64,000 nucleotides of DNA from Paludibacteraceae bacterium (lineage in GTDB: Bacteria; Bacteroidota; Bacteroidia; Bacteroidales; Paludibacteraceae): contig JBJECK010000036.1 in assembly GCA_051870995.1 (NCBI GenBank), positions 4,742 to 68,741 on the forward strand, written 5' to 3'. Positions 27,297 through 37,469 of the stretch are shown here, in pieces (the first letter of the stretch is position 1; each line of letters opens with the position of its first letter). The position numbers were made by a program, and so were the translations under genes. The notes beneath the pieces are model-generated. The model was not told the origin of the DNA and searched no databases. It saw only the letters and a list, made by a program, of their open reading frames with translations.

Positions 27297-27311
27297 CCAC
27301 CCTACAAAGTA

Positions 27312-28196
27312 CTACTTGAGCGGAACAAAGCGGTATCGGATTTCGTTTCCCATATCCACTACCATGTAGTAGGGACTTTCTGCAGGATCTTGGCACGAAT
27401 CGACAATAATGTATTCTGTTCCTGCATAGCGAGTAACTTCGCGGCTATGATCGTGCCCACACCAATACATATCTACGCCTGACGAACCCAAGAGATGCGT
27501 CAGTTCGTATGTTTCTTCGACTGAGTAGTTGGAAGTATGTCCCTGCGAATTATCCTGCTTGAACATGTGCGTGTGCGTAAAAACAATCGTATGCCGATAG
27601 CCCTGTTCGGCTTTTTCTGCAAGCAAAGTGCGCAACCAGTCTAATTGCTCCGTACCTAAAGTGCCTTCGGCAGAGTCCAAGCAAATAAACAAGTCCAACA
27701 TGTTTCCCTCTTTGTCCTGCGTATCAAACCAATAGGTTGCCGTTCCAAAGTACGTACGGAAGATGTGCCATTGGTTGAAATAGATATCGTGATTCCCCGG
27801 CGTCAAAAAGAACTCTGCCATGTCTCGTCCGCCCGACTCCAGCGTATTCCGCACAACAGAAACCGCATGCTCGTAATTGTCTTGCGCATTAATCAGGTCG
27901 CCCAAATGGATAACTAAGCGCGCAACCGTATCCTCAGCATAGGTTTCCATGATATGTTGCAGATTACGATGCGTAGAATCAATATGCGAATCAGTACAAA
28001 CATAAACGCGGTAATCTGTTTCTACTTGCACATGCCGCGCGCCAACACTATCATTATAAGCCGCAGACTCCCCAAAGCGCGTATCCACCTTCGGACTTGT
28101 ACCGTTGAACATTCCCGGTATATCGTAGTTCGGATTGCAAGCACATAAGCCGAACAAGCCTAAACAAGCAGCAATAAAAGTCTTTCTCATACCCAT
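27312..28196 (-). CDS. Metallophosphoesterase (calcineurin-like) lipoprotein
   Basis: A lipobox LFGLCAC follows the ATG at 28196 or 28190. The motifs CTDSHID, GDLIN, GNHD, HTH and GHDH are present. Confidence 0.8.
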   Translation of the reverse strand: MGMRKTFIAACLGLFGLCACNPNYDIPGMFNGTSPKVDTRFGESAAYNDSVGARHVQVETDYRVYVCTDSHIDSTHRNLQHIMETYAEDTVARLVIHLGDLINAQDNYEHAVSVVRNTLESGGRDMAEFFLTPGNHDIYFNQWHIFRTYFGTATYWFDTQDKEGNMLDLFICLDSAEGTLGTEQLDWLRTLLAEKAEQGYRHTIVFTHTHMFKQDNSQGHTSNYSVEETYELTHLLGSSGVDMYWCGHDHSREVTRYAGTEYIIVDSCQDPAESPYYMVVDMGNEIRYRFVPLK

Positions 28197-28200
28197 AGTA

Positions 28201-29121
28201 TTAAAAACAATAACAGAACCCTGCACGTACAGAAGCACTATACAGCGTTGCATTCAAGTGGAACATACCCGTCGGTTTGCATTCCGCCTCCGCCAAGACC
28301 CGCCAATGGTTATCCACATCATAGCGACCGCCAAGCATAAAGATAGGCTGCCACATACGCTCCATCTGGAAGTCATCCACGTTGGCGATACAAGCCGATA
28401 TATTCCAGTTGCACGTCTGCGGACGGCAAAAGACCTCCAAACGATAGAGCAGATTAAAGGGCTCTATATTGTATGTCTCGGTAGTGTGCCAGTCTCTATC
28501 CCACGAACTCATCACACGCCCGAACATACCGATATTCAAAGATACATAGTCCATCCTATATCCTACCGACAAAGCCGCACAGAAGTCGCCCTGACGGTTG
28601 CGGGCTACGGCACGATAAAGCAACTCCGTTTCAAGAAACAATTCGCCCGCGGGCAAAGCAAACTTCGGACGCAATACCGCCGCACCCGTATAAACTGCCG
28701 CAGAAGACAACTGCACATTCGCTTGCATTTCAAAGTAAGGATTGATTGGCATCAACGCTCGGATATCGACATTTCCCATGTGCCCCCACGTGCGGTTGTA
28801 GGCATACTCGCCCATAATACCCAGTTGGTAACGCGACTCTCCAAAGCCGCGTAAGGAATGCCCGTCTTTGGCTATATACTCGGTCGGGGAAGCTGCGGTT
28901 GCGACCCAAGCAAGGCAAATGGCTATGAGACTAAGGCAGGCTCGCTTGATACCCAAAAGCAACAGGAAGGTAGTGCATTCTCTCGGCGAAGACAGCTCTC
29001 GTTGCCGTGTCGTTGCCGTGTCGTTGCCGTGTTTTTGCCGTAATCGACCGCTTATCGACCGCTTATCGACCGCTAATTGTCGGCTTTGATTTCTCATATA
29101 TTCTTCTAATTCGATTTTCAT
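28201..29121 (-). CDS. Outer-membrane beta-barrel protein (uncharacterised); the start is uncertain
   Basis: Alternating amphipathic strands and a C-terminal ...GFCYCF (terminal Phe) fit a beta-barrel. The first 40 or so codons of the longest ORF are encoded by an 11-nt tandem array. The signal-like segment KRACLSLIAICLAWVATAASP starts near 28960 and only in-frame TTG codons precede it. The true start is probably about 28950-28965. Confidence 0.5.
   Translation of the reverse strand: MKIELEEYMRNQSRQLAVDKRSISGRLRQKHGNDTATTRQRELSSPRECTTFLLLLGIKRACLSLIAICLAWVATAASPTEYIAKDGHSLRGFGESRYQLGIMGEYAYNRTWGHMGNVDIRALMPINPYFEMQANVQLSSAAVYTGAAVLRPKFALPAGELFLETELLYRAVARNRQGDFCAALSVGYRMDYVSLNIGMFGRVMSSWDRDWHTTETYNIEPFNLLYRLEVFCRPQTCNWNISACIANVDDFQMERMWQPIFMLGGRYDVDNHWRVLAEAECKPTGMFHLNATLYSASVRAGFCYCF
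29000..29087. repeat. 11-nt-period tandem array (8 units) between the mutS2 stop and the OMP signal peptide
   Basis: The units read cgttgccgtgt x3, ttttgccgtaa, tcgaccgctta x2, tcgaccgctaa, ttgtcggcttt. Confidence 0.9.
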
Positions 29122-31425
29122 TTAGGGTATGGTTACTATGGTGTAGCCCGCTCCGCCTCGATCGGGGTCTCCGTCCTTGAACAGCAAAGGGGCGTCTCCG
29201 CGCTTGCGCAGTTGCTTGTTGCGCGCCTCAAGGTGCTCACGCACGACCTGTTTGAGTGCTCCCGTACCCGTTCCGTGGAGAATAGTAACCTCGCCGGCAT
29301 TCACCATTATGGCGTCGTCCATGTAGGCAATCAAGCGCTCCAATGCCTCGTCGGCACGCATCCCGCGCAAGTCGAGTGTGCGCTCGAACGACAAGACCCG
29401 TTGGCGAATGGTATTGCGCATCACGGGATTACTGACGGGCAGGTCTTTGCTTATTCCTTTGAGTTCGCGGAAATCGTGGAGGACTTGCTTTTTGCGCGGC
29501 TCTTTCTCCACCGGAATGGGCGTTACTTCCCGCTTCATTTTCTCAACCCGCGCACGCGCTTGCAGGGTTTGCTGCTTGTTTGCCTTTGCTTCTTTAATCT
29601 CGCGAATGGTTCGTTCGATAGTCGCATTACTTGCCTGCAAGAGTTCAGCCGCCTGTTTCTTTGCTTCGTCCAGCATCTCGCGTTGTTTCTTCTTCAGCCC
29701 CGCAATCTCTTGCTCGTAATAAGCAATCCGCTCTTCGAGATGTTTCTCACGTTGTCGAACCGCTTGCCGCTTGTTTTCCCAATAGCGCTTGTCGCGCGCT
29801 ATATCCTGCAACTGTTTGTCGTAGTCGATATGCTCTTCGCCTACCAAGTCGGTTGCATGCGCTATAATCGTCTCGGGGAGACCGATTTGGCGCGCTATCT
29901 CTACGGCAAAACTACTTCCCGCCTGCCCAATACTGAGTTGGAAAAGCGGCTTCATCTGCCCGCGGTCGTAGAGCATAGCACCATTCACGACTCCTGCTGT
30001 ACTTTCCGCGAAGTGTTTCAGATTGGTATAGTGCGTCGTAATCACTCCGAAAGCCTGCTGCGCCACGAGTTGCGCCAAAACCGCCTCTGCTATAGCTCCG
30101 CCGATAAGCGGCTCCGTGCCTGTGCCGAACTCGTCTATCAACAACAACGTTTCCGCATCAGCGTTGCGCACGAACACCTTCATATTGCGCAGGTGGCTGG
30201 AATAGGTTGACAAATCGTCCTCAATAGATTGTTCGTCTCCGATATCAATCATTATTTGCCGAAAAATACCCATTCGGCTCGTCTCCGCGAAGGGCACAAG
30301 CAAGCCACATTGCACCATATACTGCAAAAGTGCGACCGTTTTGAGGCAGACCGACTTTCCTCCCGCGTTCGGTCCACTAATGACCAGCAACCTGTTTTCG
30401 TTCGCCTGCAAGCGTATAGAAAGAGGAACAACCTGCTTGCCCTGCTGCTGAAACTTAAGGAACAAGACCGGGTGACGCGCTTCTTGCCAGTCAATCAAAG
30501 GCGTATCCGCTATTTCGGGACGAATGGCATGCAGGGTCTGCGCCAGCAAAGCCTTGGCACGCAGGAAGTCCACATACGCCAACATCCGCTCTGTCTCCAT
30601 TATCACAGGCACATTGGGGCGAAGGACAGCCGTCAGTTCTTGCAAGATACGCAAGCGTTCACGGCGCTCTGCGCCCTCCAACTCACGGATACGGTTGTTC
30701 GCCTCCACAACCTGTTGCGGCTCGACATAAACCGTTTTTCCCGTTGCCGACTCGTCGTGGACTATACCGCCAATCTTGCGTTTGTACGCGGGTGGCACAG
30801 GAATAACCAAGCGCCCTTCGCGCAAGGTAGGCGCACTATCCTTCTCCACTATCCCTTCTGCTTGGGCTTGGCGCAATATCTGATTGAGCACGCGCCCGAC
30901 ACTACTCTGCGCCAGCGTCAACTCGTGGCGGATGCGCCCCAACTCGGGCGAAGCGTTGTCCGCCAAACGCCCGTATTTGTCAATCGTGCGGTCAATCAGC
31001 CGCACTATGTCTCCGAGGCTCAGGAAGTCCGATGAGCGTCCGTTGAGAGTCCGAACAGCATGCAAGCGCGGAAAACGCGCCTCGTCCAAAGACGCAAAGA
31101 ACGCTTCCAACCGCCCGGCGTAGTCGATGGTTTGGCGCAAGGAGAACAACTCTGCCTCGTCCAAGAACAAGCCCTCTATACGAATGCGCGCCAGCGCCTC
31201 ACGCAGGTCGTGAATCTCTCCGCGGGGAAATGCTAACGAGCCGTCCTCGAGCACGCGCTTCATCTCGTCGGTCTCGGACAACAAACCAACTATATCTTCA
31301 TAGCCGGTCAGGAACGACATCGCATCCACTTGCTCCCTGCCCAAGAGGGAAGCACACCGTTTGCGCAACTCGTCACGCAAGACGCAGAAGTCAATTTTTT
31401 GCTCTATATTATCCGGATAAATCAC
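29122..31425 (-). CDS. mutS2: Endonuclease MutS2 (MutS domain plus C-terminal Smr)
   Basis: 767 aa with Walker A GPNAGGKS, DEFGTGTEP and a C-terminal Smr domain (LDLRGMRADEAL...ILHGTGTGALK). Confidence 0.95.
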   Translation of the reverse strand: MIYPDNIEQKIDFCVLRDELRKRCASLLGREQVDAMSFLTGYEDIVGLLSETDEMKRVLEDGSLAFPRGEIHDLREALARIRIEGLFLDEAELFSLRQTIDYAGRLEAFFASLDEARFPRLHAVRTLNGRSSDFLSLGDIVRLIDRTIDKYGRLADNASPELGRIRHELTLAQSSVGRVLNQILRQAQAEGIVEKDSAPTLREGRLVIPVPPAYKRKIGGIVHDESATGKTVYVEPQQVVEANNRIRELEGAERRERLRILQELTAVLRPNVPVIMETERMLAYVDFLRAKALLAQTLHAIRPEIADTPLIDWQEARHPVLFLKFQQQGKQVVPLSIRLQANENRLLVISGPNAGGKSVCLKTVALLQYMVQCGLLVPFAETSRMGIFRQIMIDIGDEQSIEDDLSTYSSHLRNMKVFVRNADAETLLLIDEFGTGTEPLIGGAIAEAVLAQLVAQQAFGVITTHYTNLKHFAESTAGVVNGAMLYDRGQMKPLFQLSIGQAGSSFAVEIARQIGLPETIIAHATDLVGEEHIDYDKQLQDIARDKRYWENKRQAVRQREKHLEERIAYYEQEIAGLKKKQREMLDEAKKQAAELLQASNATIERTIREIKEAKANKQQTLQARARVEKMKREVTPIPVEKEPRKKQVLHDFRELKGISKDLPVSNPVMRNTIRQRVLSFERTLDLRGMRADEALERLIAYMDDAIMVNAGEVTILHGTGTGALKQVVREHLEARNKQLRKRGDAPLLFKDGDPDRGGAGYTIVTIP

Positions 31426-31432
31426 GTCTGTA

Positions 31433-31723
31433 TCAACTTAGAATACGTACATCCCGCAACACTTTCGCCCCGACTGCCTCGTTGAGTTTCGCGACCAGTT
31501 CGAACCTATTCTCGAACAACTGCGCCCTGAGCGCGGCACTATATATATGGACGATAAGCACTCCGTCTTTGACCTCTACGCTACGGGTCATATGCGCGAC
31601 CGTTTTGCCCATCACTACCTGCCATTTCTCCACGACCTCCGTCTCCAAAACGGGTTTCTCCAAGCCCGACTCGCGCAGGTATTGCGGCAGTACATCTGCC
31701 AAAGATTGCGTTTTACCGCGCAT
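31433..31723 (-). CDS. DUF721 (DciA-like) domain protein
   Basis: 96 aa. The pattern LADVLPQYLRESGLE...VVEKWQVVMG...LIVHIYSAALRAQL is typical of DUF721. Confidence 0.7.
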   Translation of the reverse strand: MRGKTQSLADVLPQYLRESGLEKPVLETEVVEKWQVVMGKTVAHMTRSVEVKDGVLIVHIYSAALRAQLFENRFELVAKLNEAVGAKVLRDVRILS

Positions 31724-31729
31724 AAAAGC

Positions 31730-32734
31730 CTATTTTTGCTTGCGCAGCAAGATCTGCTGGCGCGTTTTGAACACTTGTACAGACGGCGCAAATCCATTCA
31801 GTTTCTGCACCTTACGCATCTGTATGCCCTCGCGCTGGCAGACTTGCCAAAGGGTCTCGCCCGGGTGCACCCACATAAGCGCTTTCTCCTGCGGAACGGT
31901 ACATTTCTTACGCGACAAGAAGACTCTGTCGCCTGCCGCCAAATCGCGCCCCAACGCATCGTTCCACTCCCTGAGCGTGCGCTCTTTCACGTTCATGCGG
32001 AAGGCTATATTCGCATAAGTATCACCCTCGCGGGCAATAATATATTTCAGTCCGTTGCAGGTATGTTTGGCATGGGTCAGCAAAAAAAGCTGTTTCTCCT
32101 TGTAGGCAGACAGCGGCTCGACATATTCCCCGTCCAGCGCGGTATTGGAAACAACGGCAGGAGCAGTAGGAGAAAGGACTTTATTCTGCGGTTGTGCCTT
32201 TGGCGTTGGTGTCCCCGAAACCATAAACGAGGCGGCAATAGTATCCAAACGATAGTCTTCAATCAACTTAATCAGCTTCTTCGGATACGCGGGGTCCGTA
32301 GCGTAGCCGCATTGCTTGAGGCGATATGCCCAACCCGAATAGTCCTCTACGACAATCTCGAAACAAGTTTGATAGCGAGGACGTTGCAAGAACAACGCGT
32401 GGTCCTTGAACGACTCAGCCGCATCGCCGTAAACGCGAAAACAATCGTCCTTTGCATCATCGTCGTGGTAATAATTGCCCCCCATCCAATCGGAGGTACA
32501 CTTGATACCGAAATGGTTGTTCGCCTCACGCGCCAACTCGCTTGTACCGGCAGCAGATTCCAGCAATCCCTGCGCCAAGATGATACTTGCAGGAATACCG
32601 TAATCGTGCTGGTTGGCAACCGCCGTCTCGCTCCATTGCACTATATATGCCAAGTATTTCTCATTCTGCTGTTGCCCGAACGCAACAAAAACACTTGCGA
32701 CTGTCAGTAAGCTAAAAAGGAATATCTTTCTCAT
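31730..32734 (-). CDS. Glucosaminidase (FlgJ-like muramidase) with two LysM domains
   Basis: The ATG at 32734 gives a signal peptide MRKIFLFSLLTVASVFVAFG. The sequence IPASIILAQGLLESAAGTSELAREANNHFGIKC is the glucosaminidase domain. Two C-terminal LysM-like segments follow. Confidence 0.8.
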   Translation of the reverse strand: MRKIFLFSLLTVASVFVAFGQQQNEKYLAYIVQWSETAVANQHDYGIPASIILAQGLLESAAGTSELAREANNHFGIKCTSDWMGGNYYHDDDAKDDCFRVYGDAAESFKDHALFLQRPRYQTCFEIVVEDYSGWAYRLKQCGYATDPAYPKKLIKLIEDYRLDTIAASFMVSGTPTPKAQPQNKVLSPTAPAVVSNTALDGEYVEPLSAYKEKQLFLLTHAKHTCNGLKYIIAREGDTYANIAFRMNVKERTLREWNDALGRDLAAGDRVFLSRKKCTVPQEKALMWVHPGETLWQVCQREGIQMRKVQKLNGFAPSVQVFKTRQQILLRKQK

Positions 32735-32755
32735 TTTGTATGTTGTTTTAGCGTG

Positions 32756-32763
32756 CAAAGTTA
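32756..32763 (-). promoter_or_regulatory. -7 promoter box (TAacTTTG) for the glucosaminidase gene
   Basis: caaagtta on the + strand lies 22 nt upstream of the ATG at 32734. Confidence 0.5.
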
Positions 32764-32795
32764 ATACAAAATTTGCACATATCCAAAAATGCACG

Positions 32796-32803
32796 TATCT
32801 TTG
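32796..32803 (+). promoter_or_regulatory. -7 promoter box (TAtcTTTG) for the divergent lipoprotein gene
   Basis: tatctttg lies 25 nt upstream of the ATG at 32828. Confidence 0.5.
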
Positions 32804-32827
32804 CAGCAACAAATTCAGATTTTTATT

Positions 32828-33301
32828 ATGAAACGATTTTTGGCTTATATTTTTCTGCCGACAGTGTGCGCGCTTGTGTTATCAGGTTGCGAATACAGTT
32901 TCTCCCCCGGCAATGAACCTTGCACCAACAGCGCGGTTATTTCACTTCACATCAGTCAGAACCAATGGCAGTGGTCCGCAGACGGCAGCTATTTCTACTA
33001 CACGTTCAACAACATCAATGAGCTGACTACCAATGTATTCAACAATGGTATTGTCAGTTGCTACCGCGAATACAATATCGGTACGCCCGACGCGTATCAG
33101 ATTCCTCTGCCGCAGACGTTACACAAAGCGGAAAGTGTTACAGAGAACGGCAATACATACTATGCTTTTTATACCCAAACAATTGATTATTCGTTTCTGC
33201 CGGGGACGGTTGAGATTGTGCTTACGAACTCCGACTATGCCTATGGCACAGAGAATCCAGAATCGATGAATTTCCGCCTGTGTTTGCTGTGGAATAAATA
33301 A
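32828..33301 (+). CDS. Hypothetical lipoprotein
   Basis: MKRFLAYIFLPTVCALVLSGC provides a lipobox. I recognise no domain. Confidence 0.5.
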   Translation: MKRFLAYIFLPTVCALVLSGCEYSFSPGNEPCTNSAVISLHISQNQWQWSADGSYFYYTFNNINELTTNVFNNGIVSCYREYNIGTPDAYQIPLPQTLHKAESVTENGNTYYAFYTQTIDYSFLPGTVEIVLTNSDYAYGTENPESMNFRLCLLWNK

Positions 33302-33469
33302 CGTGAACTCGGCATACGGTTTATACACAAAAACAAACAATAATTGTGACAAAAACAACAAAAAAGATACTATTTGAGTATTACCAAAAACCAAGTTAGT
33401 AATTGAGCGAAGAAATAGTCCTCACATATTGAAATCACGTTATATTAACAACAAATGACGTGTAGAAAG

Positions 33470-33916
33470 ATGAAAAAAGTATTCTTCATGATGATTTGTA
33501 TGGCGCCGGTGATGGTGGCGTGCAATGTGCGTTCGGCGCAGGATAAGCAGTCGGAGAACGTAGTCGAAGATTCGATTGCGACCACCATGGAAGGCAACGC
33601 AGTAGCGGCAGAAAACAGCGCGGACGCAGAAGCCGTGATGAGTGCAACCGAACCAACAGAGGAAGAGATTGCGCCGGCAGAGCCCGCGAAAGCATCGGGT
33701 TCTTCTGCTTCCGCTTCATCCTCCTCAAACGGACGATACGGCAATGATGCAGGGAGTTATAATCATTCGGGGGACTATGGTAGTTCCAGTTCGGACAGAG
33801 AGAAAAGCGACTTGGAAAAACTGCGCGAACACTCGCCGAACGACAACTACCTGTTGGGCTTTGATGAAGACGTGGACGACGTACACGACATGGAAATCTA
33901 CATGGAAGATTATTGA
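33470..33916 (+). CDS. Hypothetical acidic, low-complexity lipoprotein
   Basis: MKKVFFMMICMAPVMVAC provides a lipobox and Ala/Glu/Ser-rich sequence follows. The alternative ATG is at 33455. Confidence 0.45.
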   Translation: MKKVFFMMICMAPVMVACNVRSAQDKQSENVVEDSIATTMEGNAVAAENSADAEAVMSATEPTEEEIAPAEPAKASGSSASASSSSNGRYGNDAGSYNHSGDYGSSSSDREKSDLEKLREHSPNDNYLLGFDEDVDDVHDMEIYMEDY

Positions 33917-33998
33917 CAAACCGCTTGCAGGGCACAGAATTTTAGGTCAGTATGTACGAAAAGTGGTGCTCGAGCTTGTATAATTGCCGATTTTGTCG

Positions 33999-34006
33999 TA
34001 TCTTTG
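33999..34006 (+). promoter_or_regulatory. -7 promoter box (TAtcTTTG) for cdd
   Basis: tatctttg lies 45 nt upstream of the ATG at 34051. Confidence 0.5.
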
Positions 34007-34050
34007 CGGGCTATTCCCAAAAGATAGCACTTATTTAACACGGAAAAACC

Positions 34051-34536
34051 ATGAGAGAGTACGAAGTGAAGACTTTGGTTCGCTCCTACAGTTGGGACGA
34101 ACTGAGCCAAGAACAGCAAGAATTACTCACCATTGCCAAACAGCAGACACAGCATGCCTATTGCCCCTATTCGCATTACCATGTAGGCGCCGCTGCCCGA
34201 CTGGAAAACGGCGTGATAGTAGTAGGTGCCAATCAGGAGAATGCCGCTTATCCGAGCGGTTTGTGCGCAGAGCGTGCCGCCCTATTTGCCGCCGGTGCAC
34301 AGTATCCCAAAGAGCCGGTATTGCAACTGGCGATAGCGTGCTACACGCAGGGAAATTTCACGGAATTGACCGCCAGCCCGTGCGGCGCCTGCCGACAGGT
34401 GATGGTAGAAACGGAGCACCGATACGGCAAGCCGATGGAGATACTGCTCTACGGCGAGAAAGAAATATGCGTATTCCGTAGTGCCGCAGATTTGTTGCCG
34501 CTGACTTTCGTTTCGGAGTCGCTAAGCGGCAAATAG
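34051..34536 (+). CDS. cdd: Cytidine deaminase
   Basis: The zinc-binding motifs YCPYSHYHVGAA...CAERAA...PCGACRQ are present. Confidence 0.9.
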   Translation: MREYEVKTLVRSYSWDELSQEQQELLTIAKQQTQHAYCPYSHYHVGAAARLENGVIVVGANQENAAYPSGLCAERAALFAAGAQYPKEPVLQLAIACYTQGNFTELTASPCGACRQVMVETEHRYGKPMEILLYGEKEICVFRSAADLLPLTFVSESLSGK

Positions 34537-34557
34537 CAATAAGAGGCACAAAAAAGA

Positions 34558-36108
34558 TTGTTAAGAAAAGGTGCACTGCGAGCTGTGCATATTGTGAGAT
34601 TGCGTAATCCGATTAAGAAAATAGACATCTATCTGCTCAAGAACTTCCTCGGGCTGTTCTTGGCGACATTTTTCATCTGTATCTTCGTATTGCTGATGCA
34701 GTTCGTATGGATGCATGTCAAGGATTTAGTGGGTAAGGGCGTGGAGGTTTCCGTACTGGGTGAGTTCTTTATTTACGCGGTCGCCAATGTAATTCCGCTG
34801 GCTTTGCCCCTTGCCATCTTGCTGGCTTCGCTTATCTCGTTCGGCAACTTAGGCGAGAAATTCGAACTGACAGCCATGAAAGCGGCAGGAATATCGCTAT
34901 TCAGGATTATGCGACCGTTGGTAGTGGGCGTAGCCATGATTGCCGTAGGCGCATTCTTCTTCTCGAACTACGTATTGCCGAAATCGCAGATGAAATTGTG
35001 GGCGTTGATATTCTCGCTGCGTCAGAAGTCGCCCGAACTGGATATACCCGAGGGAGAGTTCTACGACGGTGTGCGCGGCTACAACATCTACGTGCGGCAC
35101 AAAGACACCAAGACAGGCTTGCTGTGCGACTTGATGATTTACGACTATTCGGCTGGGTTTCAGAACGCAACGGTGATGGTGGCGGACTCGGGGCGACTGG
35201 CTTTTTCCGCCGACAAGAAATACCTTATCCTGCGACTATACAGCGGCGAGTCGTTCGAAAACCTGAGTCAGCAGCAACAACGCGTAACGGGAACGCAACA
35301 GAATATCCCTTACCGACGTGAGACCTTCGCGGAAAAACAGCTGCTGATTGATTTTGATGCCGAGTTTAACCGCTATGACGAATCGGTATTGGAGGATCAG
35401 CACGTATCGAAAAATGTGGTTCAGCTGATTCAGTCTATCGATTCCGTGCAGGTGCTGGCACACGAAAAGAGTCAGGAACAGAGCAAGAATCTCGTGGAAA
35501 ACCGCTACTTCGGACGCGAGCGCAAGTCGGGAAGGCAACTGATTGCCGTCGAACCGGCGGAAGCGACGAATTACAGCATAGATTCGCTATTCGCACATTT
35601 CTCGCAAGCCCAGCAACGGACCGCGCTGGACATCGCCATCGACAAAGCCACTATGCAACGCGACCAAGTGGAATACAATGCGCTGCTATTGGACGATTCG
35701 CAACGCTACATCCGCAAGCACGAGATAGAGTTATACCGCAAGTTCACGTTGGCATTTGCCTGCCTGATATTCTTCTTTATCGGCGCTCCGCTGGGGGCGA
35801 TAATCCGCAAGGGAGGATTGGGCGCGCCAGTGGTCATCTCAGTAGTGATGTTTATTATCTACTACATCATCGACAACACCGGTTACAAGATGGCTCGCGA
35901 GGCGTTGTGGCCCTGCTGGGCGGGTATGTGGCTCAGCTCGTTCGTACTGCTGCCTATCGGTATATTCCTAACCTACAAGGCCGCCACCGACGCCGCGTTG
36001 CTCAATCCGGAAGCATGGCTCAAGCTGTACGACAGCATCAAACATAAGATAGTAAAGTTGCTAAAGAAAAGAACTACTCATATCATCAAGTACAAGCAAT
36101 TATGGTAA
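34558..36108 (+). CDS. LptF/LptG-family LPS export permease
   Basis: [30 protein letters not shown] is the typical YjgP/YjgQ N-terminus, and six TM segments flank a large periplasmic loop. The start could instead be GTG at 34594. Confidence 0.8.
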   Translation: MLRKGALRAVHIVRLRNPIKKIDIYLLKNFLGLFLATFFICIFVLLMQFVWMHVKDLVGKGVEVSVLGEFFIYAVANVIPLALPLAILLASLISFGNLGEKFELTAMKAAGISLFRIMRPLVVGVAMIAVGAFFFSNYVLPKSQMKLWALIFSLRQKSPELDIPEGEFYDGVRGYNIYVRHKDTKTGLLCDLMIYDYSAGFQNATVMVADSGRLAFSADKKYLILRLYSGESFENLSQQQQRVTGTQQNIPYRRETFAEKQLLIDFDAEFNRYDESVLEDQHVSKNVVQLIQSIDSVQVLAHEKSQEQSKNLVENRYFGRERKSGRQLIAVEPAEATNYSIDSLFAHFSQAQQRTALDIAIDKATMQRDQVEYNALLLDDSQRYIRKHEIELYRKFTLAFACLIFFFIGAPLGAIIRKGGLGAPVVISVVMFIIYYIIDNTGYKMAREALWPCWAGMWLSSFVLLPIGIFLTYKAATDAALLNPEAWLKLYDSIKHKIVKLLKKRTTHIIKYKQLW

Positions 36109-37349
36109 ATACGATAGAGGAAGCCTTGGAGAACATCCGCGCAGGCAAATTTGTAATAGTAGTGGACGATGAAGACCGCGAGAACGAAGGCGATTTCATC
36201 ATTGCGGCGGAGAAAATAACGCCGGAGAAAGTGAATTTCATGCTCAAGCACGGTCGCGGTGTGCTCTGTGCACCAGTGACGGAAGAGCGCTGCGCGCAAC
36301 TCGGGCTGATGCACCAAGTGGCTAACAACACGTCGATGCTCGGTACACCTTTTACCGTTACGGTGGACAAATTGGAAGGGTGCACCACGGGCGTGAGCGC
36401 TGCCGACCGCGCAGCCACCATTCTGGCGTTGGCAGACCCTTCGTCCAAGCCTGAGACATTCGGCAGACCCGGGCATATCAACCCGCTTTATGCGCGTGCA
36501 GGAGGCGTTTTGCAGCGCGCGGGACATACCGAAGCGGCAGTGGATTTAGCACGTTTGGCGGGCTTAAAACCGGCAGCGGCACTCATAGAGATTATGAATC
36601 CGGACGGCACAATGGCGCGCATGCCCCAGCTCCAACAAGTGGCGCAAGAATACGGACTCAAACTGATCACCATAAAAGACCTGATTGCCTTCCGCCTAAG
36701 ACAAAGCAACAACGAACAAACGTCCGTTGCGCCAACAACACAGACGCTGCAGGACGTACTGATAGAACGCGGAGAAACGGTGTTCTTGCCCACCGAATAC
36801 GGTGAATTTCAGCTGACTCCGTTCCGCGATTTGAGCAACGGTTTGGAGCACGTGGCGCTGGTGAAAGGCGAATGGAAAGAAGGCGAACCGGTCTTGTGCC
36901 GCGTCCATTCCTGCTGTCTGACGGGCGATGTATTCGGCTCTATGCGTTGCGAATGCGGCGAGCAGTTGCACCGCGCTATGCGCATGATAGAGAAAGAAGG
37001 GCGCGGTATTGTTGTATATATGAACCAAGAAGGACGAGGCATCGGCTTGATGAACAAGATACGTGCCTACAAACTGCAAGAACAGGGCGATGATACCGTT
37101 GAGGCGAACGTACACTTGGGCTTCAAACCTGACGAACGCGACTATGGCGTAGGCGCGCAGATACTCAAGGAGATGGGGGCAACCAAGTTGCGATTAATGA
37201 CCAATAACCCCGTGAAGCGTGTTGGTCTGGAAAGCTACGGGATTGAAATTGTGGAAAATATCCCTATCGAGATACAGCCGAATCCGTACAACGAGCGCTA
37301 TATGCGCACCAAGAAAGAACGGATGCACCACGATTTGCACCTCGTCTGA
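36102..37349 (+). CDS. ribBA: Bifunctional 3,4-dihydroxy-2-butanone-4-phosphate synthase / GTP cyclohydrolase II
   Basis: [12 protein letters not shown] and [14 protein letters not shown] mark Rib[22 protein letters not shown] and NQEGRGIGL mark RibA. Confidence 0.95.
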   Translation: MVNTIEEALENIRAGKFVIVVDDEDRENEGDFIIAAEKITPEKVNFMLKHGRGVLCAPVTEERCAQLGLMHQVANNTSMLGTPFTVTVDKLEGCTTGVSAADRAATILALADPSSKPETFGRPGHINPLYARAGGVLQRAGHTEAAVDLARLAGLKPAAALIEIMNPDGTMARMPQLQQVAQEYGLKLITIKDLIAFRLRQSNNEQTSVAPTTQTLQDVLIERGETVFLPTEYGEFQLTPFRDLSNGLEHVALVKGEWKEGEPVLCRVHSCCLTGDVFGSMRCECGEQLHRAMRMIEKEGRGIVVYMNQEGRGIGLMNKIRAYKLQEQGDDTVEANVHLGFKPDERDYGVGAQILKEMGATKLRLMTNNPVKRVGLESYGIEIVENIPIEIQPNPYNERYMRTKKERMHHDLHLV

Positions 37350-37469
37350 CCCTTATGTTGAGCGTCCTAACAAGATTTGGCACGATAATTGAACAATAGA
37401 TTGTGTATGCGCTTCGGAAGACATAGCGCATATCGGCAACCACTCATTAACTATTAAAACTTTTGTATT

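Noticed and set aside
33301-33454. A possible further degenerate 11-nt array (…gtttatacaca aaaacaaacaa taattgtgaca aaaacaacaaa…).
   Set aside because: Only two or three units show any similarity and the register is not convincing by eye. I left it out of the family pending a quantitative periodicity test.
36000-36101. An FMN riboswitch was expected upstream of ribBA.
   Set aside because: ribBA overlaps the end of the LptF/G gene by 7 nt, so there is no leader in which a riboswitch could sit.
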